From the NCBI GenBank assembly GCA_044450345.1, contig JBIOIY010000041.1:1-28556 (forward strand): a DNA stretch of 28,556 bases, written 5' to 3'. This stretch comes from Thermodesulfovibrionales bacterium. Its GTDB lineage: Bacteria > Nitrospirota > Thermodesulfovibrionia > Thermodesulfovibrionales > UBA6898. The translations under genes and the position numbers were made by a program. Numbering within the stretch: position 1 is the first letter of the stretch; the number at the start of each line of letters is the position of its first letter. This document shows, piece after piece, positions 17,542-27,462 of this stretch. The notes under the pieces are model-generated. The model did not search any database. It saw nothing but the letters and a program-made list of their open reading frames with translations, and was not told the DNA's origin.

Positions 17542-20478
17542 TTACGTAAAGATTGAGGAGGAAGTATTTGACGTTTTGTCCAGTTCGGTCCGGACGGCAA
17601 CTCCGATTTTTTCCATGGTGTAGGGCTTCTGGATATAGACGCCGGCGCCCAGCTTTTGCAGCTCTTTCACCCGGTCGGACTCTGAATATCCACTGGCAAT
17701 GATCGTCTTCTGGTCAGGGTAGAGGGAGACGATAGCCTGATAGGTCTCGAGACCGTCGATCCCGTTCGGCATGATCATATCGAGCACCACCAGATCGACG
17801 GGATTGTCTCGGATGAGTGCCAGGGCTACCTCTCCGCTTGTGGCCGAGAATACCTTGTACCCCAGTTTGCTGAGCATGTTGACCGCAATTTCCCGCTGCT
17901 CCTGGATATCGTCAACCACCAGGATCTTTTCGTTGCCAAGATAGTCTTGCAGGACAATTCTGCGATCTTTCTCCGCAATGGCCTCACGGGTGGCCGGCAG
18001 GTAGATATCTATCCTTGTCCCCTCGCCTTCGGTGCTTTGCAGATCAATATAACCGCCCTGATCCTTGACCGTGACCCAGATAACCGTCATCCCCAGCCCT
18101 GAACCGCTGCCTCCCATCTTCTTCTTAGTGTAAAACGGTTCGAAGACCCGTTGAAGATCTTCCGATGAGATGCCAATGCCGTTGTCTTCCACTCTCAAGC
18201 AGACATACTCGCCTTCGGGGATCTCCTCGTAAGCCCGTCTGGCCGTGTCCAGATAGCTGTTGGCACTGGAGATGACAACGCGTCCACCGGCCGGCAAGGC
18301 CTCGGCAGCGTTGGTGACAAGATTCATCAGCCCCTTGGACAAATGAAGAGGGGACCCTTTCACATTCAGGAGGTCTGGACTAAGAATGGAATCAAATTCT
18401 ATCTGCGGGTGCTTCTCCTTCAGCCCGGCGAATTCCGGCGATTCCAAATACTCCTGGATAATCCGGTTGGGGCAGAAGATCTCCCGGTTGGCCACACCTC
18501 TTCTGGCAAGGGTCAACATGTCCTGAACAATAGCGGCCGCTCTCTGGCCGGATTGTTTGATGGCCTTTATTGTTGTTCTCAAGGGGCTGCCTTCAGGGAT
18601 CTCCAGTAAAAGAAGATCCGGGTACCCGACCAGACCGCTGAGGATATTGTTCAAATCATGGGCAACTCCAGCGGCAAGGCTACCCACCGCTTCCATCTTC
18701 TGTGCCTGCAGGAGTCTCTCTTCCAGTTTCTTCTGTTCTGTAATATCCCTGATGATTCCCTGGGTGCCGATAAAAGTCTTGCTGGAGGGATCATACTGGT
18801 AAAGCCCCTGGGCGGAAACGCTGAAATAACGTTGTTCCTCGGCCGATCCTGTAGATTGTTCCTTGTTCAACAGCAGGCGAAGTTGGAGATCACGGGTCGC
18901 CCTTCCTCCGGTACGCCGTTCATTGACTCTGTAGGTTGCCTTCTGCCTGTCTTCAGGGAGGACAAGGTCAAAAATCGGCCGCCCAAGCAGTTCATCTGCA
19001 TTGCGTTTGTATTGAGTGATTGCCGGGCTGACAAAAGAGACATTGCCGGATGGATCCAGGCGGAAGATAATATCCGGGATCGACTGGATGATTGAATCCA
19101 GTTCGGTTTCGCTGTGTTTTAAGAGCATCAGGGCATTACCGGCTGTCTTTTCGGCGTGATTCTGGCCCTCTCTTGTCTTGACTATGGTCAACACCGCGTA
19201 TGCTGCGAAAATGATCATGGTGGGCAGGAGCGGCGACAGAATATAACCGGTTGCTTGAAAGATCCCGCTTGCTGTCAGCCACAGCGAGACGATGATTGTC
19301 CCCCCGGCCATGGCGCTTGAGATCACCCCGGTTCTGGTGATCAGAAGACTGAAGAGAAGGGCAAGCAGCAAAGAAACGCCCACTTCCCAGAAGAGGAACC
19401 TCTGATCGCGCTGCGGAAATTCTCCGGTCAGAAGGGCCTCCAGCAGGTGGGCATGAATGCCGACGTGTGAAAAAACAGGGTTGCCGGGTGTCTGGTAGGT
19501 TTGGTCCAAACCCGATGCTGACGAGCCGACCAGGGCGATTTTACCAGCAATGGCAACTTTGGGAATCTGACCCTCAAGAATATCTGCTGCGGAAAACCGC
19601 GGGATCGGCCCGGTGCTTGCCCTGAAATCGATGAGGACGTTTCCCTGATGGTCGATGGGAATGCTTCTGTCGCCGACCAGAACAACTCTGGAACCGGTCT
19701 TGGTCGTTTGCAGTTGAATGGCGGAGGTTGCCTTGAACCGCATATAGGCGGCAAGGGACAGTGAGGGGAACAATTCACCCTTATATCTGATAATGAGAGG
19801 TAAGCGCCGCAAGATCCCATCTCGATCGGGGGTTGCATTTAAAAAACCACTCAAGGAAACGGCCTTGGCAAAAGGTTCGAGATTACCGACAACGCCTGAG
19901 GCTTCAAAAAAATCTCCAGTTGCTGGTAACCCTTTTTGCTGCACCAGGACGACTTTTAGTGGGTGCAGTCGGATATCCCGCTTTTCTTCGCCACTCTTCT
20001 TGAAAAGGAACTCGTATCCGAGGACGAAAGGGCCTTGAGGTAGTGTCTTGGCCAGATAGTCGTCATAATCCTTGTAGTGGGCAGGCAGATTGCTTGTTTC
20101 TACCTTGTACCCCAGGTAACGCTCTGACTCCTCCTGTAATTTCACCGGCGAGGTTCGGTCAGGCTCGGCAAGAATCATGTCAAGGGCAATGCTTCTGGCT
20201 CCCAGTTCACGGACCTTTTGCAGAAGATGGGCGAGACGATAGCGGGGCCATGGCCATTGCCCGAATCTGGCAAGGCTCTTATCATCCAGGTCAATGATGA
20301 TAACAGTCCCGGAGGGCGGCCTTTGGCCTGAGCCCTGAGTAATAAGATCTGTAACTTGGTTATTCAGCGAGGTGAACGAGGGGACGACTAGAAAGAGCGC
20401 AGCCAACAAGAAACTGATGAGCAAGCCAGTTGCAACAATTTTTGGGGTAGGCTTGTTGAAGATATTCCGTGTTGGCAT
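17542..20478 (-). CDS. CHASE2-PAS hybrid sensor histidine kinase with receiver domain
   Basis: CHASE2 motifs (IDLDDKSL..FGQWPWPR, DMILAEPD, DRDGILRR, GKIALVG, GIHA), three TMs, PAS, GVAHDLNN, FEPFYT, GSGLGM and REC LDMIMP. Confidence 0.93.
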   Translation of the reverse strand: MPTRNIFNKPTPKIVATGLLISFLLAALFLVVPSFTSLNNQVTDLITQGSGQRPPSGTVIIIDLDDKSLARFGQWPWPRYRLAHLLQKVRELGARSIALDMILAEPDRTSPVKLQEESERYLGYKVETSNLPAHYKDYDDYLAKTLPQGPFVLGYEFLFKKSGEEKRDIRLHPLKVVLVQQKGLPATGDFFEASGVVGNLEPFAKAVSLSGFLNATPDRDGILRRLPLIIRYKGELFPSLSLAAYMRFKATSAIQLQTTKTGSRVVLVGDRSIPIDHQGNVLIDFRASTGPIPRFSAADILEGQIPKVAIAGKIALVGSSASGLDQTYQTPGNPVFSHVGIHAHLLEALLTGEFPQRDQRFLFWEVGVSLLLALLFSLLITRTGVISSAMAGGTIIVSLWLTASGIFQATGYILSPLLPTMIIFAAYAVLTIVKTREGQNHAEKTAGNALMLLKHSETELDSIIQSIPDIIFRLDPSGNVSFVSPAITQYKRNADELLGRPIFDLVLPEDRQKATYRVNERRTGGRATRDLQLRLLLNKEQSTGSAEEQRYFSVSAQGLYQYDPSSKTFIGTQGIIRDITEQKKLEERLLQAQKMEAVGSLAAGVAHDLNNILSGLVGYPDLLLLEIPEGSPLRTTIKAIKQSGQRAAAIVQDMLTLARRGVANREIFCPNRIIQEYLESPEFAGLKEKHPQIEFDSILSPDLLNVKGSPLHLSKGLMNLVTNAAEALPAGGRVVISSANSYLDTARRAYEEIPEGEYVCLRVEDNGIGISSEDLQRVFEPFYTKKKMGGSGSGLGMTVIWVTVKDQGGYIDLQSTEGEGTRIDIYLPATREAIAEKDRRIVLQDYLGNEKILVVDDIQEQREIAVNMLSKLGYKVFSATSGEVALALIRDNPVDLVVLDMIMPNGIDGLETYQAIVSLYPDQKTIIASGYSESDRVKELQKLGAGVYIQKPYTMEKIGVAVRTELDKTSNTSSSIFT

Positions 20479-20501
20479 AGATGGCCTTTCGGAGAAAATG
20501 C

Positions 20502-21122
20502 CTACCTGATAACAACCTCGACCCGGCGGTTTCTTGGTTCGCTGACATTATCTCCAGTTGGAATGAGCGGATTTCTTTTTCCGTGAGAGGAGACCCTGAT
20601 GTGCCCCTGCTCCACCCCATGGCCGACAAGATAGGCGGCAACCGCCTCTGCCCGCTCCTTGGAGAGTCTGTAGTTGTATTCATCGCTGCCGATGGTGTCG
20701 GTGTGGCCGATAACGCTGATATCAACAGAGTTTCGTTCTTCAATGGTTTGGAGAATGGCGGGCAGGCTTTCGAGGGAATCCGGCCGTAATTCCTTGGAAT
20801 CGCTGATGAAATAAAGGATGAAATGAACAGGCGGTTTTGGCTGAGCCGCAAGCGCCCGGGAGAAAACCGCATCAATCTCCTCTTTTGTCATAGGTGCCGG
20901 CTCGTTGGGTGCTGACTGCCGTCCGGAGATGGTTGTGGCCCGATTGGCAGTGTCAATGTCGACAGTACCGGCGTCATTTGAGACGATCACCGCACCTGTC
21001 TTGCCATCGGGGTCGGGCACCAGGACAACCATGGTCTTGCCGCCGCAACCGGAGGTCAGTATGACTGTGAACAGGAGGAAAAGCAACTCGATGGAGAAAT
21101 CGTAAGAGGAGCAGCGTCCCAC
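20502..21122 (-). CDS. OmpA-family peptidoglycan-binding lipoprotein
   Basis: Lipobox-like LTSG-C; OmpA C-terminal motifs GHTDTIGS..YN..LS..RA and NRRVEV. GTG start 8 nt after GGAGG. Confidence 0.9.
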   Translation of the reverse strand: MGRCSSYDFSIELLFLLFTVILTSGCGGKTMVVLVPDPDGKTGAVIVSNDAGTVDIDTANRATTISGRQSAPNEPAPMTKEEIDAVFSRALAAQPKPPVHFILYFISDSKELRPDSLESLPAILQTIEERNSVDISVIGHTDTIGSDEYNYRLSKERAEAVAAYLVGHGVEQGHIRVSSHGKRNPLIPTGDNVSEPRNRRVEVVIR

Positions 21123-21127
21123 AGCAT

Positions 21128-21580
21128 CTACCTCCCTTCAACCTTAACTAGGACATGGGTGCCCCGCATTCCGATAGTGGCGTCCGGGGTTTCCAGACGA
21201 ACAGCACCTGGAACTAACTTGGAAATCTGCCCTGAAAGATAGGAAAAAGTTCCCTTAAACATTCTAACCACAAAGGATAATTTCTTTTCAGAGGGATTGA
21301 AAAGAAAATCTTCGACCGCAAATTCACTGTCCGGCCCCATCGAGACAAGCGTATCATCATCAAAGATCAGGCCAATGCTGCCGGTTGGTCCGGTTTTGAC
21401 CACATCGCCAGTCATGATCTTCATATTGGTCTTCGCTGCTATCGACGTTTTATTGCGCAGGATATGTGCATCCATTGAGACCGAGCGGACGATGCCAACG
21501 GAGGCCGGTGCGGCTTGGGAGCCTAATGTGCTCCCAAGCATGATGAAGACGAAAAAGAAGATGGAGGTGACTTTTTTCAT
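21128..21580 (-). CDS. Secreted stand-alone FecR-domain protein
   Basis: Signal peptide; GDVVKTG, F.DDT.V.MGP.S and TPDATIGMRGT. SD GAGGAGG. Confidence 0.88.
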   Translation of the reverse strand: MKKVTSIFFFVFIMLGSTLGSQAAPASVGIVRSVSMDAHILRNKTSIAAKTNMKIMTGDVVKTGPTGSIGLIFDDDTLVSMGPDSEFAVEDFLFNPSEKKLSFVVRMFKGTFSYLSGQISKLVPGAVRLETPDATIGMRGTHVLVKVEGR

Positions 21581-21727
21581 GCGGTCCTCCTCGCGGCCGG
21601 CAGAATTGCAACAGCCCTTATGGGCACTGGTGCAACCAGGACTCGCCTAGAAAAGGCCTCGCGTGGCGGTGATGCATAATAATAATCCTGCAAGGCAGCA
21701 TACCTGGTAATCATAGTAATCAGTTAA

Positions 21728-21756
21728 AAAGTATCTCGGGGCGAGGCAAAAGTCAA
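21728..21756 (-). promoter_or_regulatory. Candidate sigma-70 promoter for the fecR-ompA-CHASE2 operon
   Basis: Minus strand TTGACT-17 bp-TACTTT. Confidence 0.4.
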
Positions 21757-21835
21757 GAGACAAGCACACTTATCTTAGACGCCCACATTCCTGCTGGCTT
21801 CTGTGAGATATAGCGGCGAATGAGCACCCCTGTTT

Positions 21836-22981
21836 TCATCGGTCGGAAGGACCGGCATAAACCAGGTCTATCACCGCGACCTCGGGCGGGGCGAGGACCC
21901 GGATCGGAGGTCCCCATGTACCTGCCCCTCTGCTTACGTACAAAAAAGAGTTGCTCCCCAACGTCTTAAAGCCCGATTGAACAGGGTAATAAAGCCATGT
22001 AAGGATGGAGAAAGGAAATATCTGACCCCGATGCACATGACCCGAGAGTTGAAGATCAAAGAGCCCGATCACGCTCGGATCTATAAGAGGACGATGTTTG
22101 AGAAGAAGCGTAAATTTTTCGTGCGGGAGGCCCTCAAGAAGGTCTTTTTCGCTCACGCCGCGCAAAAGCCCCAACCTCATGGCAGCAGGATCATCGACGC
22201 CGGCAATGTTTATGATGCCCGAGACACCCTCTCCTCTCAGAAGCGTAAAACCGGAGTCCCGGATAAATGACGCCGCCTGCTCTAACCCCGCATAAAACTC
22301 GTGGTTGCCCGTTATTGCGAATTTGCCGTATTTGGGACTGATCTCCTTGAGAAGGTCTGAGAGGCCGTTCAACCTGGCGATCTGGCCATCGACGAGGTCG
22401 CCCGTATCGACGAGGATATCGGGATTGGCTTCCTTTACCCTTTCAAGAATCCTTCTGAGACGCTCCTCCCTGATGATCAGCCCTAAGTGCACATCGGATA
22501 TCTGGACAATCCTCAGCCTTCCGATCTCCGCAGGGATCTTGCTGGTCTTTATCTCGATATGCTCGGTACGGATATCTCTCGCCTCGAAATACCCGTAGAA
22601 AGACGTGATCAGGGAAAGGGAGACCGGCAGAAAAAAGACATACGTGACCGGGAGCCGATAGGAAGACAGATCCTTTTGGATCACAAGTCCTGCCGCATAC
22701 ACCAAAAAGAGATAGACATCAAAAACCAACGAATAAGAGAAGTAGAGGAAGAGGACCCCTACCCACGTGTAGCCGACATAGGCCACGATCCTTGCAGAGG
22801 GTTCCATCCCTGAACGCTCGAAGTATCTGACGAGAACGGGCGCCGCGACCATCGCCAGCATAAAGATTGCGAGTAATATCCCGGTAACTGCACCGAATGA
22901 AAGGGCGGCCCTTGCCTTAAGAAATGCGTAAAGGTGTACGGCTGCATAGGCAAAGAAAAAGACGACCAGAAAGGGCGTCAC
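21836..22981 (-). CDS. Membrane-bound metallophosphoesterase (YkuE/YaeI-like, calcineurin-like superfamily)
   Basis: Four N-terminal TMs; SDVH, GDLVD, GNHE, LKH and SGHVHRGQ. GTGA overlap with the upstream gene. Confidence 0.92.
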   Translation of the reverse strand: MTPFLVVFFFAYAAVHLYAFLKARAALSFGAVTGILLAIFMLAMVAAPVLVRYFERSGMEPSARIVAYVGYTWVGVLFLYFSYSLVFDVYLFLVYAAGLVIQKDLSSYRLPVTYVFFLPVSLSLITSFYGYFEARDIRTEHIEIKTSKIPAEIGRLRIVQISDVHLGLIIREERLRRILERVKEANPDILVDTGDLVDGQIARLNGLSDLLKEISPKYGKFAITGNHEFYAGLEQAASFIRDSGFTLLRGEGVSGIINIAGVDDPAAMRLGLLRGVSEKDLLEGLPHEKFTLLLKHRPLIDPSVIGLFDLQLSGHVHRGQIFPFSILTWLYYPVQSGFKTLGSNSFLYVSRGAGTWGPPIRVLAPPEVAVIDLVYAGPSDR

Positions 22982-23565
22982 TTCCCTGTTTTCCCGCGGA
23001 AGTATTCGCTCCCGATGCCGGGGTAGACCTTCCGCTCTTTTTCAGGGGTAGGGTTTTCGACTTCAGGCCATTTGTCTAAACGCGGCTCCGGGCCTTCGCG
23101 TGCGACATCCGTAGGATGAGCGTCCGCCATCTTCGGGTTTTTCCTGATGTCCACGTCCTGTACGTTCCAGCTGAACTCTATCGGTATGCCGTTAGGGTCG
23201 AAGGAATAAACCGAGTAAATAAACCCATGGTCAATCACCTCCGACACCCAGAAGCCGGCTGAATCGATCCTGTCTTTTATCTCCCAGAGCGTGTCCTTAG
23301 TATCGACCCCGAAGGAAACATGATCGAATACAAAAGGGCCCGCGACCGTCCTGCCGTGTTCCTTTTCCTCAACAGGCTCCACCCCCGGCCACTCGAAAAA
23401 GGCGATCGAGTCCCGTTCGGATATCTCGAAGAAATAATGTCTGTACCCTGGCTTGCCGAGCCCGGCGATCAATCTCATGTCCAGAAGGTCTCTCCAGAAC
23501 CGGATAGTAGCGTCCATGTCCCCGGTCGCCATGGCCAGATGATTTATCCCATTATACCGGATCAT
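22978..23565 (-). CDS. VOC (glyoxalase/bleomycin-resistance/dioxygenase) family protein
   Basis: GINHLA...FW..LL, AFFE, DHVSF and SVYSFDPNGIPIEF. Confidence 0.88.
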   Translation of the reverse strand: MIRYNGINHLAMATGDMDATIRFWRDLLDMRLIAGLGKPGYRHYFFEISERDSIAFFEWPGVEPVEEKEHGRTVAGPFVFDHVSFGVDTKDTLWEIKDRIDSAGFWVSEVIDHGFIYSVYSFDPNGIPIEFSWNVQDVDIRKNPKMADAHPTDVAREGPEPRLDKWPEVENPTPEKERKVYPGIGSEYFRGKTGK

Positions 23566-23590
23566 CTACTTTCTCCTGATTCGCCTTGTT

Positions 23591-23989
23591 TTATCGAAAC
23601 CGGGGCAGCAGGCTCTTAAGTCTCCACGATTTGACTCCGCCCTCATCGATATAAACCCATTTCTGGTTATCCGTTACCTTGGCAACGAGGCCCGAGGTCA
23701 GGACATAATAGCTGAAGGTAACCACTGCTGAGGCCTCCAGGGCTTTTTCATCATACTTCACATCTATGACCTGATAATCGGTTATCCTGATATTTCCAGC
23801 AGCCTTGGCGCGCTCCCTAAACTCTTCGCTGATAGAGGCAGCAGAAAAGACGGCCGCACGGTCAAGGTCCCCCCATCGGACCAGTTGATTGTATTTTTCG
23901 AGGCTCATATCGAAGGCATCCCGTGACTGGGCAGTGGCACAGGAGAGGAGGCTTGTTGCAATGAGTAACAAAAAAAGCAGGTTCCGCAT
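23591..23989 (-). CDS. Hypothetical lipoprotein
   Basis: MRNLLFLLLIATSLLS-C lipobox. SD GGGAGG. Confidence 0.82.
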   Translation of the reverse strand: MRNLLFLLLIATSLLSCATAQSRDAFDMSLEKYNQLVRWGDLDRAAVFSAASISEEFRERAKAAGNIRITDYQVIDVKYDEKALEASAVVTFSYYVLTSGLVAKVTDNQKWVYIDEGGVKSWRLKSLLPRFR

Positions 23990-24137
23990 TATCTTCCTCC
24001 CGAAGTATCGTGTATAGCTACTTTGCCTATAGTATGAAAGAAAGGGGGAAATAGCAAGTGGGAACTTATTGCTTTTTTTCGATTTAGCAACTTACGTCCC
24101 GCCATTACATTTCCCAAAGGAGTATAATTAAGGGGAG

Positions 24138-24485
24138 GTGAACAGCGCTGTGAAATGTCCTCATTGCGGCAAAGGGACGAAGGACGGGAAGACATGTGAC
24201 AACTGCGGAAGGGACCTGGCGCCTTCACAGGGGATGGAAGTCCAATATAAGGATTTCAAGGTCTCGGAACTGCTTGATATAAAGGTAGGTCACCGGTTCC
24301 CAGCCGGGGAGGGCGTCGAAGAAGAGGAATCCGGACACGAGACAGAAAGAGAAATGAAGAAGAATCCCTCATCCGGAAAGCGAGCTGTCGGGAAGAAAAG
24401 ATTGAGATTGGTGATGACCGCTGTCACCTTTGTTCTCGTCGCAATCGCCGTATTCTTTCTTCTGAAATTTTTTACGAATTTCTAA
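24138..24485 (+). CDS. Hypothetical zinc-ribbon protein with C-terminal membrane anchor
   Basis: CPHC-x9-CDNC, an acidic/basic linker and a C-terminal hydrophobic helix. G-rich SD before the GTG. Confidence 0.75.
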   Translation: MNSAVKCPHCGKGTKDGKTCDNCGRDLAPSQGMEVQYKDFKVSELLDIKVGHRFPAGEGVEEEESGHETEREMKKNPSSGKRAVGKKRLRLVMTAVTFVLVAIAVFFLLKFFTNF

Positions 24486-24558
24486 AACGCTTATTTTGCA
24501 TCTTTCGCAACTAATACCTTACGATTCTCGATTACGCCTCGCTATATTATTTGCGCGA

Positions 24559-24588
24559 TTGATTCCCCTCGGGTTATTATGATATTCT
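24559..24588 (+). promoter_or_regulatory. Candidate sigma-70 promoter for thrC
   Basis: TTGATT-18 bp-TATTCT with extended TGn. Confidence 0.45.
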
Positions 24589-24701
24589 GAATTGGTGCGT
24601 GAGGAGTCTCGTTATTTCGAGGAATCTTCATGAAATTCCCTCATGTGCAGCCGACCGCAAGAGGTCGCGAAGAAGAATACAAAAAACCAAAGGTGAAGCC
24701 C

Positions 24702-26048
24702 ATGCCATATCGAGCCTGCTTCCAGTGCATCAACGAACAGTGTAAGGCGCAATATCCTCTGAACTCGATCATCTACCGTTGTAAGGCCTGTGGGTCTCTT
24801 CTGGAGGTTCAGCACGATCTCAAGGCGCTCTCCCGCCGCGACGCCAAGGCGTGGATGAAACTGTTTGAGGACCGATATAAGTCCACCCAGTGGCCATACG
24901 GCTCAGGTGTGTGGGGCAAAAAGGAATGGATCCTGCCCCAGATCAACAACGACAATATCGTTTCGCTGTATGAGGGCGGTACCAACCTGTTCTGGGCCGA
25001 AAGGTTCGGGAAAATGCTCGGGCTGGAAAATCTCTGGCTCAAGCTCTGCGGGAACTCTCACAGCGGTTCGTTCAAAGACCTCGGTATGACAGTGCTCGTA
25101 TCGCAAGTCAAACAGATGATCAGCGAGGGCGCGCCCATTCAGGCGGTGGCCTGCGCATCAACCGGCGACACCTCTGCTGCGCTGGCGGTTTACTGTGCCG
25201 CAGCCGGCATCCAGTCGATTGTGCTCCTGCCCAAGGGCAAGATCTCGATAGCACAGCTCGTTCAGCCCATTGCCAACGGCGCACTGGTATTGTCGCTGGA
25301 TACGGACTTCGACGGCTGCATGAGGGTCGTTCAGGAGATCACCAAGGACGAGACAATATACCTGGCCAATTCCATGAACTCCTTGCGCATCGAAGGACAG
25401 AAGACCGTCGGGATAGAGATCGCCCAGCAGTTCGACTGGGAGATCCCCGACGTGATCATCATCCCGGGCGGTAACCTCGGCAACGTTTCAGCACTTGGAA
25501 GCGGCCTGCTTATGATGCGCGATCTCGGCCTGATTGCTAACCTGCCGAGGATCGTTGTGGCCCAGGCAGAGAACGCCAACCCGCTTTACCGCTCCTATCT
25601 GAAGAACTTTGAGCGCTTTGAGCCGATCGAGGCGAAAAAGACACTGGCGAGCGCGATACAGATCGGAAATCCGGTCAGCGTTCAAAAGGCTATCCGTACG
25701 CTGAAGCAGTTCAATGGAATCGTCGCTGACGCCTCCGAGCAGGAATTAGCGGACGCGGCCGCCCTCGGTGACACTACAGGCATGTTCAACTGCCCGCATA
25801 CTGGGGTAGCGCTTGCGGCCCTGATAAAGCTGCTCAAGGCCGGCAAGATAGATAAGTCGGAGCACGTCGTGGTGATCTCCACGGCACACGGGCTAAAGTT
25901 CACCGATTTCAAGGTCAACTATCACGAGGAGAAGCTCGACTTCCCCTGCCGCTTCGCCAATAAACCGATCGAGTTGCCGCCGAGTGTCGATGCGGTCAAG
26001 GAAGCGCTCAAGCGCGCATTGCAAAAGAGGAGAGAACCGAATGTCTAA
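24702..26048 (+). CDS. thrC: Threonine synthase, plant-like subgroup
   Basis: PLP Lys in [48 protein letters not shown] and STAHGLKF. Start placed at ATG 24702 (SD AAGGTG). ATG 24630 is an alternative. Confidence 0.95.
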   Translation: MPYRACFQCINEQCKAQYPLNSIIYRCKACGSLLEVQHDLKALSRRDAKAWMKLFEDRYKSTQWPYGSGVWGKKEWILPQINNDNIVSLYEGGTNLFWAERFGKMLGLENLWLKLCGNSHSGSFKDLGMTVLVSQVKQMISEGAPIQAVACASTGDTSAALAVYCAAAGIQSIVLLPKGKISIAQLVQPIANGALVLSLDTDFDGCMRVVQEITKDETIYLANSMNSLRIEGQKTVGIEIAQQFDWEIPDVIIIPGGNLGNVSALGSGLLMMRDLGLIANLPRIVVAQAENANPLYRSYLKNFERFEPIEAKKTLASAIQIGNPVSVQKAIRTLKQFNGIVADASEQELADAAALGDTTGMFNCPHTGVALAALIKLLKAGKIDKSEHVVVISTAHGLKFTDFKVNYHEEKLDFPCRFANKPIELPPSVDAVKEALKRALQKRREPNV

Positions 26049-27249
26049 GACCCCGTCAGATCCTAAAAAATGGCATCCCGCCACCCTCGCGATCCACGGC
26101 CTCGGCCGGCTTCCAAAGGCCCATCACGCCGTGTCCACGCCGATCATGCATACTTCCAATTACTACTTCGACACCGCAGACGAGGTTGAAGATTTCATGC
26201 GTGCCAAGGGCGCGGGCCGGGTGACCCGTGAACATGAATATGCGCGCTATGGCAATCCGACCCAACAGGAGACCGAACGCAAGCTTGCCGCAATCGAAGG
26301 CTCTGAGCGTGCCGTACTCTATTCCTCGGGGATGGCGGCAGTACTGCTTGTGATTATGACCTTCATGAAGCGCGAGGGGCACATCATCTTCACGGGCGAC
26401 TGCTACCGCCAGACGCGCGATTTTGCCACCAACTTCCTCGGGAAGTTCGGCATCGAATACTCGATTGTAGACCCCACTGCCGAGGCTATCGAGAAGGCGG
26501 TCACGCCTCACACAAACATTATTTTCACCGAGTCGCCGACCAACCCGTACCTGCGCGTGCTCGACATCCCGGCCATCGTGAAGGTGGCAAAGAAGCGTAA
26601 TATCCTGACCATAATCGACGCCACATTGGCAACGCCCTATAACATCAAACCCATCGAACTTGGCGTAGACATCGTGCTCCACTCGGCCACCAAGTACTTT
26701 GGAGGCCATAACGACCTCATGGCAGGCGTTGCCCTCGGGTCGACGCCCCTGATGACCGACCTTTACAAGATGCAACGCATGATCGGCGCAACGCCGGGAC
26801 CTTTGACATGCTTCCTGCTCGAACGTGGACTCAAGACCTTTGGGATGCGCATGGAGCACCACAACAAGGCCGGACTCGAAATCGCCCGTATGTTGGAAGA
26901 TCACCCAAAGATAGAAAAGGTATGGTACCCGGCGCTTCCGTCGCATCCGGACTATACTATCGCCAAGGAACAGATGAAGGGCTTCGGCAGTGTCATCAGT
27001 TTCCTGATCAAGGGCGACAACGCGGCGACGCGGAAATTCATCGACGCCCTCGAACTCTTCCTGATCACGCCAAGTCTCGGAGGAAGCGAGAGCCTGGTCA
27101 CCCAGATGTGGGCTATGTCCTTCTTTGACTACCCGGAGGAATATCGCAGAAACATCGGCATGGTAGACAACCTGGTCAGGCTCGCACTCGGCCTGGAGGA
27201 CGTAGACGATCTCATAGCAGATCTGCAGCAGGCGCTGGACACGATATAG
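26041..27249 (+). CDS. metB: Cystathionine gamma-synthase-like PLP enzyme (Cys/Met metabolism family), plant-like
   Basis: [32 protein letters not shown] (PLP Lys), SLGGSESL and [11 protein letters not shown] 26041 follows SD GAGGAG and overlaps the thrC stop by 8 nt. Confidence 0.85.
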   Translation: MSKTPSDPKKWHPATLAIHGLGRLPKAHHAVSTPIMHTSNYYFDTADEVEDFMRAKGAGRVTREHEYARYGNPTQQETERKLAAIEGSERAVLYSSGMAAVLLVIMTFMKREGHIIFTGDCYRQTRDFATNFLGKFGIEYSIVDPTAEAIEKAVTPHTNIIFTESPTNPYLRVLDIPAIVKVAKKRNILTIIDATLATPYNIKPIELGVDIVLHSATKYFGGHNDLMAGVALGSTPLMTDLYKMQRMIGATPGPLTCFLLERGLKTFGMRMEHHNKAGLEIARMLEDHPKIEKVWYPALPSHPDYTIAKEQMKGFGSVISFLIKGDNAATRKFIDALELFLITPSLGGSESLVTQMWAMSFFDYPEEYRRNIGMVDNLVRLALGLEDVDDLIADLQQALDTI

Positions 27250-27410
27250 ACCGGAGTATGTCGATGCCCTTTTTGGGGAACTCTCCACTTCAGGCAGCCT
27301 CAAACAACCAATATCGTTAACCCTGCGGACCGCATCATTCCCCTGAAATTTTCGTATGGGACCTTAAACGGTCTTCTATGTAGGTAATGCCTCACGTCGT
27401 ACGTTTTAGA

Positions 27411-27438
27411 TTGACTTCATCCTGGTCAGAGCTAAAAT
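27411..27438 (+). promoter_or_regulatory. Candidate sigma-70 promoter
   Basis: TTGACT-16 bp-TAAAAT, 24 nt upstream of the ATG at 27463. Confidence 0.5.
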
Positions 27439-27462
27439 AAGAACAGACGGAGGAACATAGGT

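Noticed and set aside
26056..27303. 415-aa antisense ORF
   Set aside because: It mirrors the CGS gene, as expected from GC-rich codon bias, and has no recognisable motifs.
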